A stretch of DNA of 51,350 nucleotides from Pseudobdellovibrionaceae bacterium (GTDB lineage: Bacteria; Bdellovibrionota; Bdellovibrionia; Bdellovibrionales; Bdellovibrionaceae). The position numbers were made by a program, and so were the translations under genes. The notes under the pieces are model-generated. The model made no database searches, was not told the origin of the DNA, and saw only the letters and a program-made list of their open reading frames with translations. Shown here one piece after another: positions 39,185 to 48,797 of the stretch; positions within the stretch are counted from its first letter, which is position 1; each line of letters begins with the position of its first letter. The stretch lies in contig JBIKLL010000011.1 in NCBI GenBank assembly GCA_044359815.1, positions 1-51,350 on the forward strand. Direction: 5' to 3'.

Positions 39185-40312
39185 TTGAAACCACAAATTT
39201 TAATTTTTCAATTCTTAACGGCCGCTCTGTTTCTGTCACCATCAGTGACGGTACTGGCTGCCAATAGGAAAAATCCATTACGGGAACCCGTGTTTGGAGC
39301 CGAACCGACGGTGGCTCCAGTCAGTGAAAAAATGGAACATGCTTTTATGGATGTGGGGATTCCGTTGATTCAGGGATTGGTCCAAGAAACCAACACCTGG
39401 CTTAGTGGTCAAACCAGGTTGGAAGCTTTCAGTAATCACAGCACAATTTATTTTTACACTTTGGTTGATAAGCAATGGCAGGATAAGGGGTATGTAACCA
39501 AAAAAATTGCTGCAAAAGCAGATTTTGGTGTGGTTGAGTTTGAATTTCCTCCAGACACAATTCAGAATCTTGAATCTGCCCAAGATCACCTGCAGGCCTT
39601 GTTTTATGATATTCCTGAAAAGCTGGGGCTAAGGCCCGATCCTTTGTTGGGGCAGGGACATGTGCAAATCAGTTTAAAGTCTTTCAGATCAGTTAGGCAT
39701 TTACAGAATTTTATCGCAGATTTTTTAAACCATTCAGAATTAGCCTCAGGGATTTGGGAACACGACTACAGAAACAGCAATGCTATTACAAATGAATCAG
39801 AGGACAGACAATTGCAATGGAAGCTGTTCACTGAAATGGACATTGATATGAATGTAAAAGACTTTATTAAAAAGCACACCGATCATGCCGGCGTTACCCG
39901 GGTTAATCTGCCTAATCAAGACGTGCTTTATTTTTTACCCAAGACAGACTCAATCACATTTAATTTTGCCAACAATTCATTGGAAATCAGAGCTAACAGA
40001 GCTTTTAAGAGTATTGCTGATATGTTGACGGTATTTAAGATTTTGCGGCATCGGATCAAGCTTACAGATGTTCCTGAAAAAATCGTGTTTAATCCACACA
40101 AACAAAAAACAGCGATGCAGATGATTGTCAGTTATTTTGGCTATGTTGGAAATTCAGTTCCACTGGAAGACGCTCGGCGGTTGATTGGTGGAACCACCAC
40201 ACGGTTTAATGGCGGTAATTTGTTAGGGTTGAGTTTCGAGATTTTTGAAAGATCCCGTGAGCAAATTCAGCCCACGGGTGGTAAATTTTGTGAAATTTCT
40301 TGGCAAAATTAG
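39185..40312 (+). CDS. Secreted hypothetical protein, possible amidoligase/glutamine-synthetase-like fold
   Basis: Signal peptide. VVEF, GHVQIS and LEIR motifs spaced as in COOH-NH2 ligases (weak). Confidence 0.5.
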   Translation: MKPQILIFQFLTAALFLSPSVTVLAANRKNPLREPVFGAEPTVAPVSEKMEHAFMDVGIPLIQGLVQETNTWLSGQTRLEAFSNHSTIYFYTLVDKQWQDKGYVTKKIAAKADFGVVEFEFPPDTIQNLESAQDHLQALFYDIPEKLGLRPDPLLGQGHVQISLKSFRSVRHLQNFIADFLNHSELASGIWEHDYRNSNAITNESEDRQLQWKLFTEMDIDMNVKDFIKKHTDHAGVTRVNLPNQDVLYFLPKTDSITFNFANNSLEIRANRAFKSIADMLTVFKILRHRIKLTDVPEKIVFNPHKQKTAMQMIVSYFGYVGNSVPLEDARRLIGGTTTRFNGGNLLGLSFEIFERSREQIQPTGGKFCEISWQN

Positions 40313-40755
40313 CGAGCAGATAAAGTCATAGAACCGCGGTCGATGACCTCTACTACCGGGGCGCAATTAATTTCGCGTCGATCAAAACAGTCCCTAATAA
40401 CGTATTCTAATCGAGTCACAAAATTTATTGGACCACCGCTTAGATTGGCTTCAGAGATTCTTTCAGATTGAAAGCTAACAGATCTAGCTGCAACAGTTCG
40501 TCCGCTGATAATCAAACTGCCACCTGATTTTTTATCGATCACAACTCCCACTGATGTGGATTTGCCATCAGATGTCGTCATCAGCCCTTTGTATGTGGCT
40601 TTTGAATGAGATTCCTTGCTTTTGGTTAGCTGCAAGTTTACTTGCACATCTGTGTTTCTGCGCCATTGATTAGAACCTGTAAGAACTAAATTCTCTGGCA
40701 AGGCCCAAGCGGCACTGGCTGAAGCTAAAACTAATAATGTTAAAAGTGCTTTCAT
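40309..40755 (-). CDS. Hypothetical secreted protein
   Basis: Signal peptide MKALLTLLVLASASAAWA, AAGGAG RBS, overlaps stop of the S8 gene. Confidence 0.7.
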   Translation of the reverse strand: MKALLTLLVLASASAAWALPENLVLTGSNQWRRNTDVQVNLQLTKSKESHSKATYKGLMTTSDGKSTSVGVVIDKKSGGSLIISGRTVAARSVSFQSERISEANLSGGPINFVTRLEYVIRDCFDRREINCAPVVEVIDRGSMTLSAR

Positions 40756-42338
40756 CGAATACTCCTTTTGTTGTTTTGAAATTCTAATGCTTTTTTAACA
40801 GCGGCATAGGCGTCCAATCTGCCATAGCCAAATACGTTATTAGGAACTGCTCCGCCCGAAACTCCGCCGCATGATAATTTAGACGTGGTAGCAACAGCAG
40901 TTTGTTTCAGAATTTTTGCCGTTTCATCCACAAGGCCCTTTAATTTTGGGTTTGCTGACCACATTAAGGCCACAGTTCCAGCAACGTGAGGGGCAGCCAT
41001 GCTAGTACCTGACCAAAAGGATTCGCCGTATTCGTTGTTGGGGACAGCTGATCTGATATCAACACCAGGGGCTGTGATGTGTGGACCTACCTGTCCAAGC
41101 ACGGTTGGGCCACGGCTGGAAAACGCAGCGATCTGATTGTTTCTGTGATTGTGTGCGCCCACTGATAAAACTAGGTCAGAATAAATCGCTGGTTGGGTTT
41201 TAATAGATCCGCAAGAGGGCCCATCATTGCCTGCCGCTGCAACCACAAAAATCCCAGCTTGTTTAGTGCGTTTTAAAATTTCCTCAAATTCTTTGCCTTT
41301 ACAGCCTTCCTCGGTGGGGCATCCCCAAGAATTGTTCATAACATGAGGAGCGTATTCAGGCTTTCCATCCCTCAGCGGATCGCCACCGACAGGAAAAGGT
41401 GCCAAGAAAAACTGAAAGCAAGACATGTAGCTGCCGGGCGTGCCGTAGCCATCGTTCATATTTCGGCAGCCAATCCACTGGGCCTCAGGTGCAACGCCGA
41501 TATTGTTTGTAGCTCCGTCATCGCCGACCATGGTTCCTGTGGTGTGAGTTCCGTGAGAATTATCATCACAAGGTTCGGTCAAATTTATCCCACAGCTGTT
41601 ATTGTTATTTCCTGATGTGATGGAATCATGCCAATTGTAATCGTGAACTCCTGAGTTTCTGCCGTAGCCTCGGTAATGTTTGATCAAAGCCGGATGTGTC
41701 CATTGAACACCAGTGTCTTGGCTGGCGACCACGATGCCTGCGCCCTTGATCTTTAGATCATTCCAAACCCTGGTGGCCCCAATGTTTTCAAGGCCCTTTT
41801 CAGGACCGGATAGCCACTGTTCAAAAATATGAGCTTTGGCCGATCCTGGTAGTTTTATTTTAAATGTGGGATTGCCGATGATTCGATCGACCTCGGGTCT
41901 GGCAGAAATTTTTTGAATCTGATCCTTATCCACATCGTCGATTTGAACCATATTATAAATGTAAAATTGCTTGAAAGGTAATTTCTGAGATTTGGCCCAA
42001 TTAACCAAAGGTCTTTGGGTAACCACTGCCAAATTAGTTAGGGAAGCGTACATGATTTTGCGTTTTTGCACAGAGTATTTAATAAAATTTAAAGAATCTG
42101 TGTCGTATTGTTTTTTTAAGACTACCAAGATGCTCTGTCTGGGTTTTTCCCGAGCTTCGCTTAAAACAAAAGCTGAAATTTTGTCAGCGGATTTAGTTTC
42201 TGAATCTGTTGGCGAGGTAGCTTTACCAAAGGCGGTGCTATCTAAATTTGCTTTACCAGCAGCGGCTTTGGTTTCTGAAACAAAAGCCACTGAAACAAAC
42301 GCCAACATAAAAAATGATTTTAAAAATGACATACACAT
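40752..42338 (-). CDS. S8 subtilisin-family serine protease (bacillopeptidase F-like)
   Basis: Catalytic triad motifs DTGV, HGTHTTG, GTSMAAPHV. AAGN oxyanion motif, signal and propeptide. Confidence 0.95.
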   Translation of the reverse strand: MCMSFLKSFFMLAFVSVAFVSETKAAAGKANLDSTAFGKATSPTDSETKSADKISAFVLSEAREKPRQSILVVLKKQYDTDSLNFIKYSVQKRKIMYASLTNLAVVTQRPLVNWAKSQKLPFKQFYIYNMVQIDDVDKDQIQKISARPEVDRIIGNPTFKIKLPGSAKAHIFEQWLSGPEKGLENIGATRVWNDLKIKGAGIVVASQDTGVQWTHPALIKHYRGYGRNSGVHDYNWHDSITSGNNNNSCGINLTEPCDDNSHGTHTTGTMVGDDGATNNIGVAPEAQWIGCRNMNDGYGTPGSYMSCFQFFLAPFPVGGDPLRDGKPEYAPHVMNNSWGCPTEEGCKGKEFEEILKRTKQAGIFVVAAAGNDGPSCGSIKTQPAIYSDLVLSVGAHNHRNNQIAAFSSRGPTVLGQVGPHITAPGVDIRSAVPNNEYGESFWSGTSMAAPHVAGTVALMWSANPKLKGLVDETAKILKQTAVATTSKLSCGGVSGGAVPNNVFGYGRLDAYAAVKKALEFQNNKRSIR

Positions 42339-42361
42339 CCTTGGTATTAATTGATTTTAGT

Positions 42362-42649
42362 TTATTCTGCGCAGGTCCATCCACTGCTGGCAAGTTTTTG
42401 CTTCATGTAATCCAATTTTTCTTCGCAATAGCCTTCTTGAGCTTGAGCTTGAAAGGGCGCAGAAGTTTGATCGTCCTTAGTGTAATTTAATTTGCAAGGT
42501 ACCTTTTTGCCCTCTTGTTCGTAAACGACTTCAAGAGTCCGCTGAGTCTGTCCTGAGGTGCATGTGACCTTGGCCGCTGTGGCCACAGATCCTAAAAACA
42601 TCACCGCCAAGCCTGTAGTCAAAACTGAAAAATTCCTTTTAGCTTTCAT
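42362..42649 (-). CDS. Small secreted Cys-containing protein
   Basis: Signal peptide ending ATA, four Cys, AGGAGG RBS. Confidence 0.7.
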   Translation of the reverse strand: MKAKRNFSVLTTGLAVMFLGSVATAAKVTCTSGQTQRTLEVVYEQEGKKVPCKLNYTKDDQTSAPFQAQAQEGYCEEKLDYMKQKLASSGWTCAE

Positions 42650-42758
42650 TTTTCCTCCTGTTTAGAATCAAAGTTGTACTGTCAAAAAATGTAGCCCATC
42701 AAAAAAATTCCCACAAGCACAAATTCTGCCACACCCTAGCCAAAGCTTGAACAGTAAA

Positions 42759-43646
42759 TTAACCAGAATGTTTCCAGAAGATAAGAACCATCCCCAATGC
42801 AATCATAATTATTCCCATAATGCTGCTTTCAAATCTTTCAAAAATCTGAAATTTTATTTTGTGCACTCCGCTGAGTGTAAACCAAGTGATAGCAATCATA
42901 GCCAGTAAGGTCCCGGCTGCCAAAACAAGCGACAGTAATATAAAACCATACCAGTTGTACCTAAGGGCCGATAAATATATGGGCAAAAATGATTCACATG
43001 GTGAAAGGGTCAGCATCAAAAACAAGCTTAATATTGTAGCTGATTCGGTTTTGGCTTTTGGAGGCTCAATTTCATATCTGTGAAAATGAGATCCGTGTTT
43101 GACCTCCAGATTCAGTTTGCCGTCAAACCGTTTAACCTGATAGTCCGCCGTGTTCTGAACAGTGATGGGGTTTAAAAAATGATCGTAAAAATAAATCCTA
43201 AAGCTTTGGTCATTGCCGACGACTTCGGTCACTAAAAAACCCACATCAATCAATGTACCGCCGTTTTGCCCCTGATAGGGTAGCGAGGATTCGCTGTGAG
43301 GGTTCACAAAAAAGTGTATGTGTTTGTGACTATGGCCGCGAAGGCTTCGAATCAGATAAAAAACACCGATAAGAACTAAAATACATCCAGCTAAAAACGG
43401 AAAAAAATGAACAAAGTTTTCAGAGAGGTGAATTCCAAACCAGACGATCAAAACACCTAAAAAAGCTGTGAACAGCACATGTCCCAATCCAGCAAGGGTG
43501 ACCACAGTCATTGTGTAGGAACGGGTCCATTTGTGTGATTTTGCTGCCAGGACAAATGGCAACCAATGTGTTGGAATCAAAGCATGCATAAAAGCGATAG
43601 CAAAGCCGGATAAAATTAGGGAGCCAAAAAAATTTAGTTTTTCCAT
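42759..43646 (-). CDS. Nickel/cobalt transporter-like membrane protein (RcnA/NiCoT/UreH-type)
   Basis: MHALIPTHWLPF, GLGHVL, His-rich loop HSHKHIH, LSPCE, about six TM helices. Confidence 0.75.
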   Translation of the reverse strand: MEKLNFFGSLILSGFAIAFMHALIPTHWLPFVLAAKSHKWTRSYTMTVVTLAGLGHVLFTAFLGVLIVWFGIHLSENFVHFFPFLAGCILVLIGVFYLIRSLRGHSHKHIHFFVNPHSESSLPYQGQNGGTLIDVGFLVTEVVGNDQSFRIYFYDHFLNPITVQNTADYQVKRFDGKLNLEVKHGSHFHRYEIEPPKAKTESATILSLFLMLTLSPCESFLPIYLSALRYNWYGFILLSLVLAAGTLLAMIAITWFTLSGVHKIKFQIFERFESSIMGIIMIALGMVLIFWKHSG

Positions 43647-44647
43647 TCAAGAAACTTTATCAGATCAGCATAGTAATTGCCCATGCCTTTGTAATAATGG
43701 CTTTCAGCAGGTACGGAATGCAGCATGGATTTCAGTTTTTCACAGCGGTATTGATCCTGTCGCAGTGAAAGGGTATCCAGAAAAGAAACTTTTATAAAAA
43801 ACAAAGCAGCTTCTGCGGTCGGTAGACCCCAAGTAATTTGCCGCTCTATCCTGAGCCAAAAGGGATTGTCTGACTGAGACAGATTGAGGCTTCGGCCCTT
43901 CCATTGTTCTGGGGGTGTTCCCGATGGGGGGTGAAGGTGACGATTAAGTCTGGTGTCTGTGACTATGCTCCATACAAATCGGACGTAGGGGCCTTTGTGA
44001 ATCATAGCATTTACGATTTGGTTTGAAACTTTGTTCATTTTTTCGATGCCAGGTACGGGCAAATGGACTGCAGAAAAATCCAGGCCTATTTTTTCGTTAG
44101 GGGCCCAGTGACTGGGTGAAAAGACATTTAAATAACTGACCCAATTGGTGTCGGCGGTTTGTCTGATGACGGCACAGTCTTCGGGAACCTGATTCATCAG
44201 CGCATCCAGCAGGCTTTCGTAATGGGAATCCATAATTTGCAGTTTTGAATTAAAGCGCAAAGTTTCGTCTGTGTGCAGGCAGGTTAGGGTTCGGCAGTGA
44301 TTGTCCTCGGTGGCTTGAAAATACTGAGGCCATTCAGATACCAGTCTTTGTAGTACAAAATCCGTGGCGGCATATTCGACGGTGGGATCAAAATTTTTTC
44401 GAGCCACGTATTTGGACAATTCGGGTGATCTGAATTGATTTTTATTGGATTTGAATTTTTCAAAATCGCTATCAATCTGAAAAACCTTTTGGTCCAAGGA
44501 TCCATTGCCAAAGTCTTTGCCAAATGGATTAAGCATAGGCGCTACTTCGTAGACACCTTTCTCTAGTGGGAAATAGACCGCGGGTTTCAAAAACTGCATA
44601 GGAACTGTTTTTATTTGAGAAGAAGCCATGCACGCAACAAAAATCAA
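43634..44647 (-). CDS. Heme-dependent oxidative N-demethylase alpha-subunit-like protein (DUF3445)
   Basis: QVPED, PSHWAPNEKIG, VHLPVPG, RFVWSI, LRIERQ. Confidence 0.75.
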   Translation of the reverse strand: MIFVACMASSQIKTVPMQFLKPAVYFPLEKGVYEVAPMLNPFGKDFGNGSLDQKVFQIDSDFEKFKSNKNQFRSPELSKYVARKNFDPTVEYAATDFVLQRLVSEWPQYFQATEDNHCRTLTCLHTDETLRFNSKLQIMDSHYESLLDALMNQVPEDCAVIRQTADTNWVSYLNVFSPSHWAPNEKIGLDFSAVHLPVPGIEKMNKVSNQIVNAMIHKGPYVRFVWSIVTDTRLNRHLHPPSGTPPEQWKGRSLNLSQSDNPFWLRIERQITWGLPTAEAALFFIKVSFLDTLSLRQDQYRCEKLKSMLHSVPAESHYYKGMGNYYADLIKFLEWKN

Positions 44648-44803
44648 TCAGTGGTTTTAGGCCTTATCAAATATAAATGGGTTTAAGGATTTTGGGGGAT
44701 GTTGATCTTTTAAGGACATGTACCTTTCATAATCAGTTTGAGACACTCAACTGTGATTTAATCCCTCATAAACCTGATGGCGATGGCCCCTAAATTGTAA
44801 CCT

Positions 44804-47116
44804 ATGAAGATCTGGGGGGTGAACGTGAAGGTTAGGGGGAAGTATTTTGTCGTTTCAGTAGGTTTATTAGTCGGTATGACCCTAGCACATTTTGCGTTCC
44901 AGAAACCTGCTGAAGACTCAGCTTCGGTTTCGGCTCAGGTTATTGAGCAAAGTTCGACTGCTGGAAATTTTGTCAAACAAGCTGGGAAATTACCTGATAC
45001 AAATCAGAAAGCAGAATCTGAAGATCAAAAAGACGATGGATTAAAGCTTCCCAAGGCAGAGTTTGACCAAGAACAGAAGATTCAGGTCGAGCATTTTTTT
45101 AATCTGAAAAATGCAGACGAATTAAAAAGCAGAAACAGAATTGAGTTTTCCCTGCTGGATAAAGACAGCATCAATGCCATTCACAATGCCGTTGTTACCG
45201 ATCTGGTCGTCAGAGCCTCTGATGATTTTACGTGGGTTGGAAAGTTAGATCAAACTCAGGGTGCTTTTATAACTTTGACTTATTTTAAAGGCTATTGGGC
45301 GGGTGGAGTGATTGATTCCGATGGGCAGCAGTTTTCGCTGCAGCATGAAGCTGATTCAGGTCACGTAATCAGAAGACTGCGATCTGTGGATTTTGGTGAA
45401 GATATGGCTGGCAACATGATCGCAACAATTGATAACGATATTGGAAATAAAGCTGCAAATCTTGAAGCCAGCAATCCAGAAAAAGTTTTTAGCGTTTCAG
45501 CTGTTGCAAACACAATCATTGATGTGGCTATGGGGTTTTCGGCAGATGCTGTGGCCTATGCCGGATCCGAAAATGCAACTTTGGCTATAATTAATAATGC
45601 CGTGGCCTTTGCCAATCAGGTCAGTCTGAACAGTCAGGCAAAACTGAGTTTTAGGTTAGTGGGGACGCAGTTTTTAAATTTTCAATCCAGCAGAAGCACA
45701 GGTACTGAACTGAACAATATGTCATCGTTGACAGATTTGGGTTGGAACACTCAGCTGAACAATCTGCGCGACAGAACGGGGGCCGATTTAGTGACCCTGG
45801 TGATCGGCAGCTCGCCATCTGGTACAGTGGGCACAGCTTATGTGTTGCCATCGATTTCAAATCAGAGCTCTTCACGATTTGCCGGAAAATCATCCGTCGT
45901 CATAAATTTTTTAAACACAATCGTGCTGTCACATGAATGGGGTCACAATTTTGGATTGGCTCATCAAGATGGCAACGGGGCTTTGTTCGCCTACGGAAAA
46001 GCTCATCAGTTTGTAGCTGGTGGATTGACACGCAAAACAGCTCTGTGGACGCCTTATTCAAACGCGACGACAAACATACCTTATTTTTCAAATCCCAACG
46101 TTTTGTATCAGGCTGTACCAACAGGTATCAGTGCGACAAACAATGAGGCCTTAGCTCTAGCCAACGCAGCGGCGACCATCGCAAGTTTGAGAAATTCAGT
46201 AACACCCGACACTCCAACGCCGACGACTGTGCCGCAACCGCCACCGACTCCGACAACAAATCCTCCGCCGCCACCACCAACACCTACGACAATTCCTGTT
46301 CCACCTACGCCGACGACTGTGCCGCAGCCACCTGGACCGCCAACTCCGCCGACGCCAACTGTGGTGGCTCCGATAATAACATTTACCAGTCCAGACAGAG
46401 CTGTGGCTGAGGGTTCAGCCGTGACAATTTTGATATCTGGCAGTGGAGTTCCGCCATTTAGATTTTCTTGGGTGAAATTGCAAACAGGACAAACCATGAT
46501 TGATGGTGATGCTGACAGAAATGGTTCAGTGATTTCAGGATCAGCCACTGCGGCGCTGACGTTTACTAATATCAGAGCGTCTGATACTGGCAGTTACCGG
46601 GTTACAGTGACTGATACTCGTGGCAGTACTTCCCGAGTGATCAATATCGCTGTGGTCACAGCATCTTCTGCAGCAAAACTGACTGCCATTACAAGTCTGG
46701 ATTACATGTTCAGATTTAATGATTCAGATTTTGCCAGTGGGTTTGGGTTTTCGACCTCGCGAAAAATCCATATCACTGATTTGCTGATCGATAGTGCGCT
46801 GAATGGAACTAGCAACAATGTGGCCTTGTATGATCAAAACGGAGTTCTGATTCAATATTTTTCTGTCAACACTGGAACTCAGCAAGGAAGGTTGAATGTC
46901 AGTGTTCCCGTCAGTGTGACGCTGTTGCCAGGCAAGTATTATATCAGTGCTGCATTTAATGGATATCACCGAATGGATACCGCCGCTGTTAAAATGTCAG
47001 CGCCGCTGCAATTTATCGGTGCCTTCCGCACTGCAAATTATAGCACCACTCCGATTATTGGTGTGGGCACTCAGACCATGAGGGGATTTATAAATTTTAG
47101 ATTCACTTTGCAGTAG
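44804..47116 (+). CDS. Secreted M12/reprolysin-like zinc metalloprotease with Pro/Thr linker and Ig-like domain
   Basis: GADLV, HEWGHNFGLAH, IPYFSNP, P/T-rich linker, Ig motif DTGSYRVTVT. Confidence 0.88.
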   Translation: MKIWGVNVKVRGKYFVVSVGLLVGMTLAHFAFQKPAEDSASVSAQVIEQSSTAGNFVKQAGKLPDTNQKAESEDQKDDGLKLPKAEFDQEQKIQVEHFFNLKNADELKSRNRIEFSLLDKDSINAIHNAVVTDLVVRASDDFTWVGKLDQTQGAFITLTYFKGYWAGGVIDSDGQQFSLQHEADSGHVIRRLRSVDFGEDMAGNMIATIDNDIGNKAANLEASNPEKVFSVSAVANTIIDVAMGFSADAVAYAGSENATLAIINNAVAFANQVSLNSQAKLSFRLVGTQFLNFQSSRSTGTELNNMSSLTDLGWNTQLNNLRDRTGADLVTLVIGSSPSGTVGTAYVLPSISNQSSSRFAGKSSVVINFLNTIVLSHEWGHNFGLAHQDGNGALFAYGKAHQFVAGGLTRKTALWTPYSNATTNIPYFSNPNVLYQAVPTGISATNNEALALANAAATIASLRNSVTPDTPTPTTVPQPPPTPTTNPPPPPPTPTTIPVPPTPTTVPQPPGPPTPPTPTVVAPIITFTSPDRAVAEGSAVTILISGSGVPPFRFSWVKLQTGQTMIDGDADRNGSVISGSATAALTFTNIRASDTGSYRVTVTDTRGSTSRVINIAVVTASSAAKLTAITSLDYMFRFNDSDFASGFGFSTSRKIHITDLLIDSALNGTSNNVALYDQNGVLIQYFSVNTGTQQGRLNVSVPVSVTLLPGKYYISAAFNGYHRMDTAAVKMSAPLQFIGAFRTANYSTTPIIGVGTQTMRGFINFRFTLQ

Positions 47117-47139
47117 TGCTGGGGATTTGTACTATCGGC

Positions 47140-47244
47140 TGATGGTTATTGGATGCTGGTTGCTGGGTGCTGGTTGCTGGTTAGTGGTTGCTGGTTAGTG
47201 GTTGCTGGTTAGTGGTTGCTGGTTAGTGGTTGCTGGTTAGTGGT
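47140..47244. repeat. Heptamer tandem array (TGCTGGT/TAGTGGT)
   Basis: 15 heptamer units. TGCTGGTTAGTGGT repeats five times perfectly at 47175-47244. Confidence 0.95.
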
Positions 47245-47255
47245 TGTTACCAATC

Positions 47256-47387
47256 CATTGTCCCAAAAATATTTTTGAAAATATGGCAGATTTTAAATGC
47301 GGAAACTTCTTCTTGTCTTTGAAATCATGGAAATAATAAGCGTCAACAGGATACTTGGATTTTTTGCAGGTTCACTGATTTTGTGCG
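47256..47387. repeat. 132-bp inverted repeat, left arm
   Basis: Reverse complement of 48753-48884 at about 120/132 positions by manual alignment, no gaps. Confidence 0.95.
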
Positions 47388-47632
47388 TATGGATTTTATG
47401 CAGCCGTCTGTGCAGAAGGAGCTCTGATTAACCAGTGTTTGGAGCAAGTCCCCATATGGGATAGTTAGTTCAAGGAAGCAAGTTTAGGTGATATTGATAT
47501 TTAGATACTGTTTTTAGAGGCGGGATGAGGCTGACTCAAGCAAATATATTGCCCCGATTGTTTTTAAAAAAATATAGTAAAAATGGTTTTGTGTTGGCGT
47601 AGATTGGTTTTATTCAATAACTTAACTGAGAT

Positions 47633-47955
47633 TATCTAGTCTGATTTAGTCTAATTTGATTAAGTCCAATTTGAACTGATCTGATTTAATCTACTTTGAT
47701 TTTGTGTAATTTGATTTAGTCCAAACTGAACTAGTCTAATTTGATTAAGTCCAATTTGAACTGATCTGATTTAATCTACTTTGATTTTGTGTAATTTGAT
47801 TTAGTTCAAACTGAACTAATCTAATTTGATTGAGTCTAATTTGAACTGATCTGATTTAATCTAATCTAATCTAATCTAATCTAATCTAATCTAATCTGAT
47901 TTAGTCCAATCTGATTAAGTGTAAATTTGAATTTATCTAATTTGAATTGATCTAA
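47633..47955. repeat. Pentamer-based satellite with 85-bp higher-order repeat
   Basis: YTRAT-like pentamers. Units start at 47647, 47732 and 47817 (period 85). (CTAAT)7 at 47861-47895. Confidence 0.9.
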
Positions 47956-48176
47956 AATAAGCAGTCCAATTGTGATATCCTTCAATCAAATTCTGTACAA
48001 CTCAAAATCAAAGCGATTCAAATCATTGATTAAAGTTTTAGTCGTCTATCTTGCTTGTTGGCTTCAATTTATGGACAAACATAGTTTGTTTTATCGGCTG
48101 CTGAATTGAACAATTATATTTATAATAAATTCAATAATTCACATAAGTTTTGATAGTTTAGGTTGGCAATAATATA

Positions 48177-48797
48177 TTGCCCCTTATGAGTTTAAAAAAT
48201 CACAAAAATAATCAACAACTGTCATTGATTCCCCAGCAAGATTTACGCTTTGTTAAGGCTATGAGCTTCGGCGGCAGCAAATTAAAAAAACGCAGAAAAG
48301 TCGAAAGACCGCTAATCCCTGGAGCTATCCATCATGTAGTTTTAAAATCCAGCAAAGCTGTTGGTAAATTAAGCTTTTACCAGAACAAAAACGTTACGAC
48401 GGCTTTATTAAAAGAAAGATCTAAAAAATATTTTATCGAAATCATCCAATGGGTGAACATGGGGAATCATTTGCATCTGAAGGTGCGATTTAAAAGCCGT
48501 CAAAATTTTCAGAATTTTTTAAGGACATTTACTGCAATTTTGGCTCGTAAAATCACCGGAGCGCACAGATCAAAATCCTTTGGAAGATTTTGGGATGGTT
48601 TGGCTTTCACCAGAATTATCACGACCAAGTTTGAAGAACTGGGATTGCGTGCATATTTTGAAGCCAATCACAGGCAACGGGAATTGGGATATGCGGCCAG
48701 AACTGAATATCTGAAATTCTTCAATCAGTTTCTGTACCGTTTAAAAACTAAGCGCGCCAAATCAGTGAACTTGCAGAAAATCCAACTATCCTGTTGA
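48177..48797 (+). CDS. Y1 HUH transposase (IS200/RAYT-like)
   Basis: N-terminal HHVVLK, HUH motif MGNHLHL, FW motif, candidate catalytic Tyr in AYFEAN. ATG at 48186 is an alternative start. Confidence 0.82.
   Translation: MPLMSLKNHKNNQQLSLIPQQDLRFVKAMSFGGSKLKKRRKVERPLIPGAIHHVVLKSSKAVGKLSFYQNKNVTTALLKERSKKYFIEIIQWVNMGNHLHLKVRFKSRQNFQNFLRTFTAILARKITGAHRSKSFGRFWDGLAFTRIITTKFEELGLRAYFEANHRQRELGYAARTEYLKFFNQFLYRLKTKRAKSVNLQKIQLSC

Noticed and set aside
46200..46370. Pro/Thr-rich repeats here and at 10165-10310
   Set aside because: These are coding linkers of secreted proteins, explained by the CDS.
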